Origin: an uncultured delta proteobacterium
GTDB lineage: Bacteria > Desulfobacterota > Binatia > Binatales > Binataceae
Reading direction: 5' to 3'
Length of the DNA: 64,000 nucleotides
Assembly (NCBI GenBank): GCA_963842085.1
Contig: CAWJET010000001.1
Span: 1,984,001 to 2,048,000 of the forward strand
How positions within the stretch are numbered: the stretch's first letter is position 1; the number at the start of each line of letters is the position of its first letter. The position numbers and the translations under genes are program-made. This document shows positions 28,685 to 37,512 of the stretch, in pieces. The notes under the pieces are model-generated. The model made no database searches, was not told the origin of the DNA, and saw only the letters and a program-made list of their open reading frames with translations.

Positions 28685-29021
28685 TAATCTTCCAAGCCGT
28701 CCTGGTTCGTCGGGCTCAAGAGATATTGATGAACGATATGAACGAATAGACACGCACTATTTTACCCATATGTCACAAACTCAAGCCGATGCGATGATCC
28801 AAGTCTCAAAAAATGAGCATGTCATTCCAGCCCGCCACGAAACATATCGAGCGTATGGACCAATTATTCTGGTAGGAATTTTACTGATCTTTTTGATTCC
28901 CCAATTTCTAGCGGCGAATCCCGACGCGAAAACTCTCGCATATCTCATCGCGGGAGTGATTGGAATAGTGGCCGCTGGTCCGACCGCCAAAGCCGTGATT
29001 GAAGCCCTCAGACGCTCTTAG
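28677..29021 (+). CDS. Small two-TM hypothetical membrane protein
   Basis: Overlaps the upstream gene; two C-terminal hydrophobic helices. Confidence 0.65.
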   Translation: MADNLPSRPGSSGSRDIDERYERIDTHYFTHMSQTQADAMIQVSKNEHVIPARHETYRAYGPIILVGILLIFLIPQFLAANPDAKTLAYLIAGVIGIVAAGPTAKAVIEALRRS

Positions 29022-29177
29022 ATTCGCGGCATATTTGTTCCCTTCCGGCCGCGTCCGACGATCAGTCTAAACCGCCGCGTTCCCGGTCGCAGCGTCGTTT
29101 CTGGCTTGCGCGGGATCGGCGGCACGTCTGACGGCTCGTTCGCCGCATTGGTCAATTCTCCGACCGACCAAATGTGG

Positions 29178-29651
29178 TCCGTTACGGGGGCGCGACATTA
29201 ACGATCCCCACAGAGAAACTGCGGCCGTGCGAAAGCGTTTTTGTCGGTCCCGCTTTACCTCAAGATTTTCAATACGTACAAAGGCGGTCCGCTCCCGAAA
29301 GATGATGATCTTGAAGCGGTGATCGAATCTTTTGGCGTCGCATCGAAGCAGACAAAGCGCGCGCGGCAGACTTTTCAACGATCCGCCGAACAAGCGAAAG
29401 TATTTAATGAGAAAAAAGATCGACTTGTTCTGCCTGCTGGTGTATCTCTCGACTTGACAACTCCCAATGGAGGAAAGGGTCGAAAGATGGAACAAACAAT
29501 TACTCAGACTTCGACAGGCGAAATAAATCCGCTGCTCGCATCACTCCTCGAAGAATTGCCAGCGAGTGGAGAATGGTCACGCGAGGAACACGATCTCTGG
29601 GCGCGAGTGTTTTGGCGGACTGTGGAGAAGCTAGTTAAAATCAAAGAATGA
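29178..29651 (+). pseudogene. 5'-truncated, frameshifted hypothetical gene
   Basis: GRDINDPHRETAA in one frame joins AKAFLSVPLYLKIF... in another frame near 29226; no proper start. Confidence 0.55.
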
Positions 29652-30007
29652 AGCCCCGTCACGCTGCCGCGTTCGCGCTTGTGGGCTGGTATCTGATGAT
29701 GCCGCCGATGCCACACGAAGAGGACTGGCAACCTGGCGGCCCGCCAGCTACAGCGTCACTCAGCGAATGGTTTATCTGGAAGTCGTTTGATACGGCTGAC
29801 GCATGCGAAAAAGCCAAGGATGCGCTTTTCTGGAGGGCGTCGGAAAGCAACTCAAATGACTATCATCGATGGCTGGCCGGTCGTGCGTCGTCAGACGACC
29901 TGCTTGACGAATGGGCGAGTACTTATAGCGGCGTCGCGGCCTTGAACGCTGCACTTAGGCAATCGCGTTGTATTGCTACCGACGATCCGCGGCTCAGATC
30001 AAAATAA
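29648..30007 (+). CDS. Small secreted hypothetical protein (MKPRHAAA...CIATDDPRL type)
   Basis: Signal-like N-terminus, two Cys; ATGA-coupled to the upstream ORF; stop codon lies inside the first right-end motif. Confidence 0.75.
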   Translation: MKPRHAAAFALVGWYLMMPPMPHEEDWQPGGPPATASLSEWFIWKSFDTADACEKAKDALFWRASESNSNDYHRWLAGRASSDDLLDEWASTYSGVAALNAALRQSRCIATDDPRLRSK

Positions 30008-30101
30008 GACACTCGCGGATTCAAATTCAGACACTCAGGGTCGAATTAAGACAGTACCGTTCGCCCCGCACCAGGAATAAGCAGAAGCTGCGGCGCTTGA
30101 A

Positions 30102-30692
30102 TCAATTCGAGGTTGGGGGTGCGGGGCTGGCCTGCGCGGGAGGGGCGGCGTCGGCGACGCCGAGGTCGTTGAGAATTTCGATCGCGTGGGTGGACGGATC
30201 GACGCTCGGATAGACCTTCAGGATCTTGCCGTTCTCGTCGATGACGTAGGTGATTCGGCGATCGAGGCCGAGGATCGGAATGCCGTTGGCGGCGCCGTAG
30301 GCCTTTGCAATCTTCTTGTCGGGATCGAGCAGGAGCGGGAACGGCAAGCCGTTCTTGCGGATGAAATCCTTGTGCGCCTCGGCCGAGTCGATGCTGCATC
30401 CGAGCACCACCAGGCCGGCGTTGGTATAGCGCGCGTAGCCGTCGCGGAACGCGCATGCCTCTTTGGTGCATCCCGGGGTTTCATCCTTGGGATAGAAATA
30501 GAGGACGACTTTTTTGCCGTGGAAATCGGCGAGCGAAACCGGGGCTTGGGTGTCGCCGGTAACCATCTGGGTGGTGAACGGCGGCGCAATTTCGCCTTCC
30601 TTGAGCAGGGTGGTGCGCGCGACGCGCGGGCGTATCGCGATTGCGAGGATGATTACGGCGATTGCGATTAGGCCTGCGGTGAACATTTTCAT
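30102..30692 (-). CDS. BCP/PrxQ-type peroxiredoxin with N-terminal signal
   Basis: YFYPKDETPGCTKEAC. Confidence 0.92.
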   Translation of the reverse strand: MKMFTAGLIAIAVIILAIAIRPRVARTTLLKEGEIAPPFTTQMVTGDTQAPVSLADFHGKKVVLYFYPKDETPGCTKEACAFRDGYARYTNAGLVVLGCSIDSAEAHKDFIRKNGLPFPLLLDPDKKIAKAYGAANGIPILGLDRRITYVIDENGKILKVYPSVDPSTHAIEILNDLGVADAAPPAQASPAPPTSN

Positions 30693-30760
30693 GCGAGTCT
30701 CCCTGGTCGCGGGCTTAACTGCGAGTGGGGTTGGAAAGTTCCCGATCCATTTGCAGGAGT

Positions 30761-30808
30761 CGGCAGAACCCTCACCCAACCTCTCCCGTGAAATAACGGG
30801 CGAGGGAC
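30761..30808. repeat. REP-like family B copy
   Basis: GCAGAACCCTCACC...CCTCTCCCGTGAAATAACGGGCGAGG, similar to 2052-2116. Confidence 0.65.
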
Positions 30809-30835
30809 CAGATAGCAACCGGCGAGGGATCAAAT

Positions 30836-31762
30836 TCAGATGTAGTAGAGCCAGTCGCGGTAGCGCGGCTCGCGGCCGTGCAGGGCTGCCTGGAAGACCT
30901 GCTGCACCTTGGCCGTGATCGGGCCGGGCTTGCCGGGGCCGATCTTGCGGTCGTCGAGCTCGACCACCGGAGTTACTTCGGCGGCGGTGCCGGTCATGAA
31001 GGCTTCGTCGGCGATGTAGAACGCGTCACGCGCGAAATATTCCTCGCGTACCTCGACCGCGTTGTCGCGCAGAATCCTGATGACGGCGTTGCGCGTGATT
31101 CCCGCCAGCACCGACGTGAGCGGCGGCGTGCGCACGATACCGTCGCGAATCACGAACACGTTCTCGCCGCTGCCCTCGGCCACAAAGCCCTCGGTGTTGA
31201 GCAGGAGCGCTTCGTCGTAGCCGTTGCGGCGCGCCTCGTAGCCGGCGAGGATCGAGTTGACGTAGTGGCCGGTGGCTTTCGCCGCCGGCATCATCGAGTT
31301 GTGATGGAATCGCACGAACGACGAGGTCTTGAGCCGCACGCCCTTGGCGACGCTGTCCTGGCCGAGATAAGCGCCCCACGGCCATGCAGCGATCGAGACG
31401 CGAATCTTGTTGCCGCGCGCCGAGAGTCCCATCTCACCTTCGCCGAAGAAGACCAGCGGCCGGATGTAGCATTCGGCGAACTTGTTGATGCGCACAACGT
31501 CGGCGCATGCCTTGAGCAACTCCTCCTGGCTGTAGGGCACTTCCATCTCGACGATATGGCCGGAGTCGATGAGGCGGCGGATGTGCTCGCGGGCGCGGAA
31601 GATTGCGGAGCGGCCGTCGTCGCTCTTGTAGCATCGCATCCCTTCGAAGACCGCCAGGCCGTAGTGCAGGCTGTGGGTCAGGACGTGAACGGTGGCCTCG
31701 TCAAAGGGGACCATCGCACCGTCCATCCAGATACGGTCGGAGCGCAGATTATTCGCCGGCAT
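30836..31762 (-). CDS. ilvE: Branched-chain amino acid aminotransferase
   Basis: LHYGLAVFEG, AKATGHY, EGSGEN, GITR, TGTAAEV. Confidence 0.96.
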   Translation of the reverse strand: MPANNLRSDRIWMDGAMVPFDEATVHVLTHSLHYGLAVFEGMRCYKSDDGRSAIFRAREHIRRLIDSGHIVEMEVPYSQEELLKACADVVRINKFAECYIRPLVFFGEGEMGLSARGNKIRVSIAAWPWGAYLGQDSVAKGVRLKTSSFVRFHHNSMMPAAKATGHYVNSILAGYEARRNGYDEALLLNTEGFVAEGSGENVFVIRDGIVRTPPLTSVLAGITRNAVIRILRDNAVEVREEYFARDAFYIADEAFMTGTAAEVTPVVELDDRKIGPGKPGPITAKVQQVFQAALHGREPRYRDWLYYI

Positions 31763-31826
31763 AGTGGAGTCAAAAGTAGTCGATGGTGCGGAGTTAGTCG
31801 ATGGGGCGCGTCGGGGCGGCGCGATG

Positions 31827-33179
31827 TCAGTCGCGGCGCGTGGGATCCGGTGATGGAGGTGGCGCGCCGGCGCCGTTCGTTTCGCCGGACGGCGCACTCC
31901 GCTCAACGCTTCCGCCGTGGCGCGGGCGGCGGCGACGCCGCCGGCGTCTGCGGCGATTGCCTGCGGGTGCCGGGGTTGCGGGCGCGGCGGCCGGACTCGG
32001 GCTGAAGCTGTCGGGGTCGGCGAGGAAGCGAAGCGTGCGCGTCGGATCGATCGAGTAGGTCGGCGCGATCATCTCGAAGAACATCCGCGCGTCGGGAAAG
32101 TACGGCCGGCGCATCAGGCGCCGCGTGCGGCGCGTCGGCGCGGCGAGGTTCTCGAAGGCCTCCATTATCAGGCGCATCTGCTCGGTGTCGCCGCGCGCGA
32201 AGCCACGCGCACGAAGCGCGCCGAGCAGATCTGCGCGCGCGTCGCCGTCGTCGGCCCCGCCGCGGTCGGCCCCGCCGCGGGTGCGGCGATGCTGGTCGCG
32301 ATAGAGGTCGAGCATCAGCGCGGCGAGCACGAGCGAATGCTCGGGAGCGAATCCGCTCGCGATGGCGCGGCCGAGCGCGGCCAGGTTGCGGACGGCGGGC
32401 TGCTCGGCGAGCGTGGCGCCGCGCGATTTGAGATGCGCTGACAGAATCGGGATGACGTACTCGAGCAACCCCAGCTCTTCCATCAGGACGAGCGCATGCG
32501 CGGCCTCGGGCTGGCCTAGCGTCTTGTAGGTTTCGTCGACCAGGCGCGGCACGGAGGACTTGGCGAGGTCGGCTCGATGACGCTCGATTGCAGCGCGGGT
32601 GGCGGGCTCGATTTCGAAGCCGAGCTTGGCGGCGAAGCGCACCGCGCGCATCATGCGCACCGGATCCTCGCGCATCCGCAGCTCGGGGTCGCCGATAGTG
32701 CGGATCAATCGAGCCTCGAGATCGCCGACTCCGCCGGGAAAATCGATCACCTGGAAATTTTGCGGATTGTAGAACAGCGCGTTGACAGTAAAGTCGCGGC
32801 GAAACGCGTCTTCCTCGGGCGTGCCGAAAGTGTTGTCGAGGCGAATCAGCGGATCGTCGGTGTCGGCGACGGCCTCGGCCTGTTTGCGGAAGGTGGCGAC
32901 CTCGACATTCTGGCGGCCGAAGAAAACGTGGACCAGGCGAAAGCGCCGGCCGATCAGGCGCGAGTTGCGGAACAGCTCGCGGACCTGCTGGGGATGGGCC
33001 GAAGTGGCGACGTCGAAATCCTTGGGCTTGCGCGCGAGCATCAGGTCACGCACGCCGCCGCCGACCAGGTAGGCCTGGTGGCCGGCGCCGGCCAGGCGAT
33101 AGAGGACCTTGAGGACGTTGGCGTCGATATCGCGCCGTGAGATGGGATGTTCGGCGCGCGCTAGTATGCGGGGTTCCAA
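31827..33179 (-). CDS. pcnB: Poly(A) polymerase
   Basis: VGGGVRD..L...PKDFD, PAP signature LIGRRFRLVHV, RRDFTVN, EDPVRM. Confidence 0.95.
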   Translation of the reverse strand: MEPRILARAEHPISRRDIDANVLKVLYRLAGAGHQAYLVGGGVRDLMLARKPKDFDVATSAHPQQVRELFRNSRLIGRRFRLVHVFFGRQNVEVATFRKQAEAVADTDDPLIRLDNTFGTPEEDAFRRDFTVNALFYNPQNFQVIDFPGGVGDLEARLIRTIGDPELRMREDPVRMMRAVRFAAKLGFEIEPATRAAIERHRADLAKSSVPRLVDETYKTLGQPEAAHALVLMEELGLLEYVIPILSAHLKSRGATLAEQPAVRNLAALGRAIASGFAPEHSLVLAALMLDLYRDQHRRTRGGADRGGADDGDARADLLGALRARGFARGDTEQMRLIMEAFENLAAPTRRTRRLMRRPYFPDARMFFEMIAPTYSIDPTRTLRFLADPDSFSPSPAAAPATPAPAGNRRRRRRRRRRPRHGGSVERSAPSGETNGAGAPPPSPDPTRRD

Positions 33180-33324
33180 TTGCCTTTGCCCGAATTCGTT
33201 CCAAAGCTAGCACGACGGCGCGCGGTCTTCATCGTCCCGGCACATGAGCTGGCGACCGGCGCGACGCTTTGCCCATAAAGCGCGAAAAGAGTTACGCTGG
33301 GGCGCCACCAAAGGAGACTTCCAC

Positions 33325-33855
33325 ATGGACAAATTTCTAACTGACGTTAAAAAGCTGCGCGACAACGCCCGCAAGAATATGGAAAAGGGCTCCGTTACCG
33401 AGGGCTACAAGGCGGACGTCAAGCAGGTGCTGAAAGTGCTCAACGACGTGCTGGCGACCGAACTGGTCTGCGTGTTGCGCTACAAGCGGCATTACTACAT
33501 GGCGCAGGGCATCAGCAGCGATTCGGTCAAGGCGGAATTTCTGCAGCACGCCAACGAAGAGCAGCAGCACGCCGACTGGGTCGCCGAGCGGATCACACAG
33601 CTCGGCGGCGACCCGGACTTCAGTCCCAGCACGCTCGCGGACCGCGCGCACTCGGAGTACGTCGAGGGCAAGACGCTGGTCGATATGATCAAGGAAGATC
33701 TGATCGCCGAGCGGATCGCAATCCAGAGCTATTCGGAGATCATCCGATGGCTGGGCGACGGCGATCCGACCACCAAGATCCTGATTGAGCAGATCAACAA
33801 GATGGAAGAAGAGCACGCCAACGACATGCTGGACCTGCTCGCCAAGATGGGCTGA
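33325..33855 (+). CDS. Ferritin-like (DpsL/bacterioferritin-related) protein
   Basis: EEQQHAD...RITQLGG, AERIAI, EEEHA; AAGGAG RBS. Confidence 0.88.
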   Translation: MDKFLTDVKKLRDNARKNMEKGSVTEGYKADVKQVLKVLNDVLATELVCVLRYKRHYYMAQGISSDSVKAEFLQHANEEQQHADWVAERITQLGGDPDFSPSTLADRAHSEYVEGKTLVDMIKEDLIAERIAIQSYSEIIRWLGDGDPTTKILIEQINKMEEEHANDMLDLLAKMG

Positions 33856-34015
33856 GGATCCCGCCTGCGAGGGGACGCGGCCGCGAACGCGATCGCGTCC
33901 GCTTCCCCGACTTGCGACTCGGGCGGATTGACATACTCACTGCGCTTGCACTATCAGGAATTCCACAGCGCGCGGAGCATCACGCTTCGCCATCGGGCCG
34001 CCGGAGAACGCCACG

Positions 34016-35320
34016 ATGAAGCCCGCACGCATCCTGTTCTTGATGCTCGTCGTCTCGGCGGCGGCGGTGGCCTCATTCAGTCTGGTTGAAGCGCAAGGAC
34101 CGGGTCCGCTCGCTGATCCCAAGTCCGAGAACCAGGCGGGCTTTCCGGCCACTCTGTATTCGGCGGTGATCCCGCCCGACAATCCGCAGACGCCGGCAAA
34201 GATTGCGCTCGGCAAGGCGCTGTTCTTCGAGGACGCCTTGTCGGCGGACGGCAAGATCTCGTGCGATCACTGTCACGCGCCCGCCAAGGGTTTCACCGAT
34301 CAGCTTCCGACCTCGATGGGCATCCACGCGCAGTTCGGGCAGCGCAATGCGCCGTCCGTCCTCAACGCGCTGTTCAATGTGACGCAGTTCTGGGATGGCC
34401 GCTCGCCCACGCTCGAGGCGCAGATCGAGGGCCCGGTGACCAATCCGGTCGAAATGGGAATGAAATCGACTGAGGACGCGGTGGCGGCCGTCAAGGCGAT
34501 TCCCGAGTACCAGAAGCAGTTCCAGGAAGTGTTCGGGCACGACGTCAACTTCGCCGATATCGAGCGCGCGATTGCGGCGTACGAGCGCACGCAGCTCGCG
34601 TTCGACTCGCCGTTCGACAAGTTTATCGCCGGCGACCAGAGCGCGATCAGCGATTCGGCCAAGCGCGGATGGGCGATTTTCAACGGCAAAGGCCGCTGCA
34701 TGTCGTGTCACGGATGGAATCCGACACAGCCGCTGTTTACCGATCAGAAGTTTCACAACATCGGCGTGTCGGCGCATAAGTCCGACTTCGTGCCGCTCGC
34801 GCGCAAGGCGCTCGACGTGCTCGGCACGAGCGGCGGCGGCTCGGAAGCGATCGACAAGCTGGCGATTGGCACCGACATGAGCGGGCTTGGACGATTCCTG
34901 GTGACCAAGCAGCCGCATGACATCGGCGCGTTTCGCACCATGAGTCTGCGCAACCTGCTGGTAACGCAGCCGTACTTTCACGACGGCTCGCAGGCGACGC
35001 TGTGGGACACGATCGATCATTACAACAAGGGCGGGGTGCAGAACCCGTACCTGGACGGCGGGATCGTTCCGCTCGGACTCAGCGAAGATGAGGAGGACGA
35101 CCTGGTCGCGTTTCTCGCGAGCCTGACCAGTCCCGAATACGCTGAAGCCGCCCAGCAGGAGTACGACCTGCAGTTCAAACGCTCGCGCACCGACAGGCCG
35201 CAGCGCGATACCGCCGCCGCCAACGGCGACAAGGGGCGCGGGCCGGGATTGGCGGGACCGTTCGGCGATATCGGACCGGCGCAGACCGAGGAGAATCCGG
35301 CACTGCTGGGCGGTGATTAA
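34016..35320 (+). CDS. Di-heme cytochrome c peroxidase / MauG-superfamily protein
   Basis: Signal peptide, CDHCH, RNAP, QFWDGR, CMSCH, LRN...PYFHDGS. Confidence 0.92.
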   Translation: MKPARILFLMLVVSAAAVASFSLVEAQGPGPLADPKSENQAGFPATLYSAVIPPDNPQTPAKIALGKALFFEDALSADGKISCDHCHAPAKGFTDQLPTSMGIHAQFGQRNAPSVLNALFNVTQFWDGRSPTLEAQIEGPVTNPVEMGMKSTEDAVAAVKAIPEYQKQFQEVFGHDVNFADIERAIAAYERTQLAFDSPFDKFIAGDQSAISDSAKRGWAIFNGKGRCMSCHGWNPTQPLFTDQKFHNIGVSAHKSDFVPLARKALDVLGTSGGGSEAIDKLAIGTDMSGLGRFLVTKQPHDIGAFRTMSLRNLLVTQPYFHDGSQATLWDTIDHYNKGGVQNPYLDGGIVPLGLSEDEEDDLVAFLASLTSPEYAEAAQQEYDLQFKRSRTDRPQRDTAAANGDKGRGPGLAGPFGDIGPAQTEENPALLGGD

Positions 35321-35349
35321 CCTGATGAAAGAAAAAAGGCAGGCGCACG

Positions 35350-36498
35350 ATGGCTGCTCGGCATAAGAGCGTCGAAACCAAATACCTGGAAGAGCGCGAC
35401 GCGGTCCTGCGCGGACTGCGCGGTCTTGACCGGCGCACGTTTCTGAAGGTGCTGGCCGCGTCGGCCGGTGCGGTGATGGCGAAGAGCCTGATGCCGCCGC
35501 ATTCGTTCCAGCTCGTCCAGGTCGCCAACGCCGCGACCGACAAGGGTGCGGGTGCGACCGGCATGGCTGGCCAGCCGCCGTTCACCTTCGCGTACATCTC
35601 GGACACGCACCTTTATGAGCGCACTCTCAACCAGCGCTTTGTGCGGGCGGTGGTCAAAGCGGTCGATGACGTGAACGCGCTCGATCCGCAGCCGGACTTC
35701 GTGCTGTTCGGCGGGGATCTGGCGCAACTGGGGCGGCGCGAGGAGCTCGATCTCGGCAAGCAGATTCTCGACGAGGTGAAGGCGCCGGTGAAAATGATGA
35801 TCGGCGAGCACGACTGGTTCTACGACATGGGCGACGCGTGGCAGGAGATGTTCGGCCCGCCCAATTACTCATTCGACTGGAAAGGCGCGCACGTCGTGGT
35901 GCTGATGAGCGTGCACGAGAAGGATTTCTGGACGGCGCGCAAAATGACGCCGGCCGAGAGGATGCAAACGGTCGCGGGACTCGACAACGGCATCCAGTCG
36001 CGCTTCGAGGTCGGCGACGAGGAGCGCAAGTGGCTGTCCGACGACCTCGCCAAAGTGCCGCACACCACGCCGCTGCTGGTCTTCTCGCACTCGCCGCTCT
36101 ACAAATACTACCGCAACTGGAATTTCTGGACCGAAGACGCCGAGCAGGTGCAGGCGATTCTGAAGCCGTACAAGCACGTAACGGTGATTCACGGCCATAC
36201 GCATCAGATGCTGTTCAACCAGATCGGGAACATCAGCTTTTACGGGATGCTCTCGACGGCGTGGCCGTGGCCATACGCGCCGAGCGGGCTGCCACCGCTG
36301 ACGGTTCAGATGAACCGGGCGGATCCGTTCGATCAGTTCGACGGGCTGGGCGACGGCCAGATAAATGTTCGCGCCGACGGCTTAGTCGACAAGATTTATA
36401 ACCTGTGGGATCGCAACCCGGTCACGGTGAAGGCCGATTACCTGGTTTCGCACGGCAAGGTTGCGCGGCCGCCCGCGCCGCAGTTCGCGAGCTACTGA
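35350..36498 (+). CDS. Tat-exported calcineurin-like metallophosphoesterase
   Basis: DRRTFLK Tat motif; DTH, GGD, GEHD, HSP, GHTH. Confidence 0.9.
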   Translation: MAARHKSVETKYLEERDAVLRGLRGLDRRTFLKVLAASAGAVMAKSLMPPHSFQLVQVANAATDKGAGATGMAGQPPFTFAYISDTHLYERTLNQRFVRAVVKAVDDVNALDPQPDFVLFGGDLAQLGRREELDLGKQILDEVKAPVKMMIGEHDWFYDMGDAWQEMFGPPNYSFDWKGAHVVVLMSVHEKDFWTARKMTPAERMQTVAGLDNGIQSRFEVGDEERKWLSDDLAKVPHTTPLLVFSHSPLYKYYRNWNFWTEDAEQVQAILKPYKHVTVIHGHTHQMLFNQIGNISFYGMLSTAWPWPYAPSGLPPLTVQMNRADPFDQFDGLGDGQINVRADGLVDKIYNLWDRNPVTVKADYLVSHGKVARPPAPQFASY

Positions 36499-36501
36499 AG
36501 T

Positions 36502-37257
36502 ATGCGCAGACGATTGATCGCAATGGCAAGCGCCGCGGGATGTGCGGCGATACTCGCGGGCGTCGCGTACGCGCCGCGTGCTCTTCGCGCGCAACAAGCC
36601 TCGATCAACAATTCGGCGCCGACACTGCCTATCCATCAAGTGCCGCAAGCGAAAGACGGCGGCGTGGTCGTGATGCTCTGCGACGGCAAGACCAGCATGG
36701 AAGTGAAGGGCCTGAAGACGGGCCAGTCGATGACTCATGCGCAGGCGGTCGAGGTAACGCGCGAGTTGATGGCTAAATGGCAGCGCGAGCATCCCAACGA
36801 GAAGTGGGAGATGGCGCAGAGCGAGCAGTCGCCGGCGCCGATGTCGTATGCAGCATCGGCCGCCGGCGGGAAGGCGAAGCCGGCATCCAAAGGAATGCAG
36901 CAGGGCGACACTTACGCCAGCTTCACCGAGCGTGACTACAAAATCTGGAAGAACGAGACCGACAACTTCGTCGCGGAAGGCAAACGGATTTTCCACAGCG
37001 ACAAGGAGCTCGGCGGCACGATCGGCGTGAGCTGCGACATGTGCCATCCGGACGCGTCGAACACGCATCCCGAGACCTATCCCAAATACCAGGTGCAGCT
37101 GCAAAAGGTGGCGCTGCTGCGCGATATGATCGATTGGTGCATCGAGAACCCGGTCAAGGGCAAGGCGCTCGATCCCAACGATCCGAAACTGCGCGCGCTC
37201 GAAGCCTACATCCTGGCCCAGCGCAAAGGCGTCGCGCTCGACTACGGCAAACATTGA
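36502..37257 (+). CDS. Monoheme c-type cytochrome (SoxA-like C-terminal region)
   Basis: Signal peptide, CDMCH, YPKY...MIDWCI..P..G. Confidence 0.8.
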   Translation: MRRRLIAMASAAGCAAILAGVAYAPRALRAQQASINNSAPTLPIHQVPQAKDGGVVVMLCDGKTSMEVKGLKTGQSMTHAQAVEVTRELMAKWQREHPNEKWEMAQSEQSPAPMSYAASAAGGKAKPASKGMQQGDTYASFTERDYKIWKNETDNFVAEGKRIFHSDKELGGTIGVSCDMCHPDASNTHPETYPKYQVQLQKVALLRDMIDWCIENPVKGKALDPNDPKLRALEAYILAQRKGVALDYGKH

Positions 37258-37380
37258 GCGCGCGCGCTCGGTCAGCTCCTTTACAAAGCATCCTGCGACT
37301 GATGGCACCTAATTAGGGGATTGATATAGTTGACACACAAGGCCCAGCTCCGATATGGTGGTCATCGATGACGCGGATTC

Positions 37381-37512
37381 CTAGGCTTTCTGGCGAGGTT
37401 TGCGCTTCGCTCGTTCGTCAGCAAGAAGTTGTTTCACTTCGTCTTTGGGGACGGAGACGATGCGCCGGAGTGCCGTGCGCATCTTGGACAGTGGCAGTGA
37501 TTTTTTCTTCAT
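37381..37512 (-). CDS. Small basic IS1595-associated protein (43 aa, not in ORF track)
   Basis: MKKKSLPLSKMRTALRRIVSVPKDEVKQLLADERAKRKPRQKA; AAGGA RBS; similar to 4378-4542. Confidence 0.6.
   Translation of the reverse strand: MKKKSLPLSKMRTALRRIVSVPKDEVKQLLADERAKRKPRQKA

Larger units (their letters stand above)
28288..30058. mobile_element. Non-autonomous cargo element without transposase, with iterated terminal motifs
   Basis: 7-bp direct repeat GTTCGCC (28281-28287, 30059-30065); imperfect inverted ends GGTACTGGCGTCATTCG / CGAATTAAGACAGTACC; three 15-bp motifs at each end; interior visibly more AT-rich. Confidence 0.8.

Noticed and set aside
29999-30058. Mini CRISPR array or integron attC sites
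   Set aside because: The units are 15 bp with 5-7 bp spacers and have no attC core or palindrome; better explained as element end motifs
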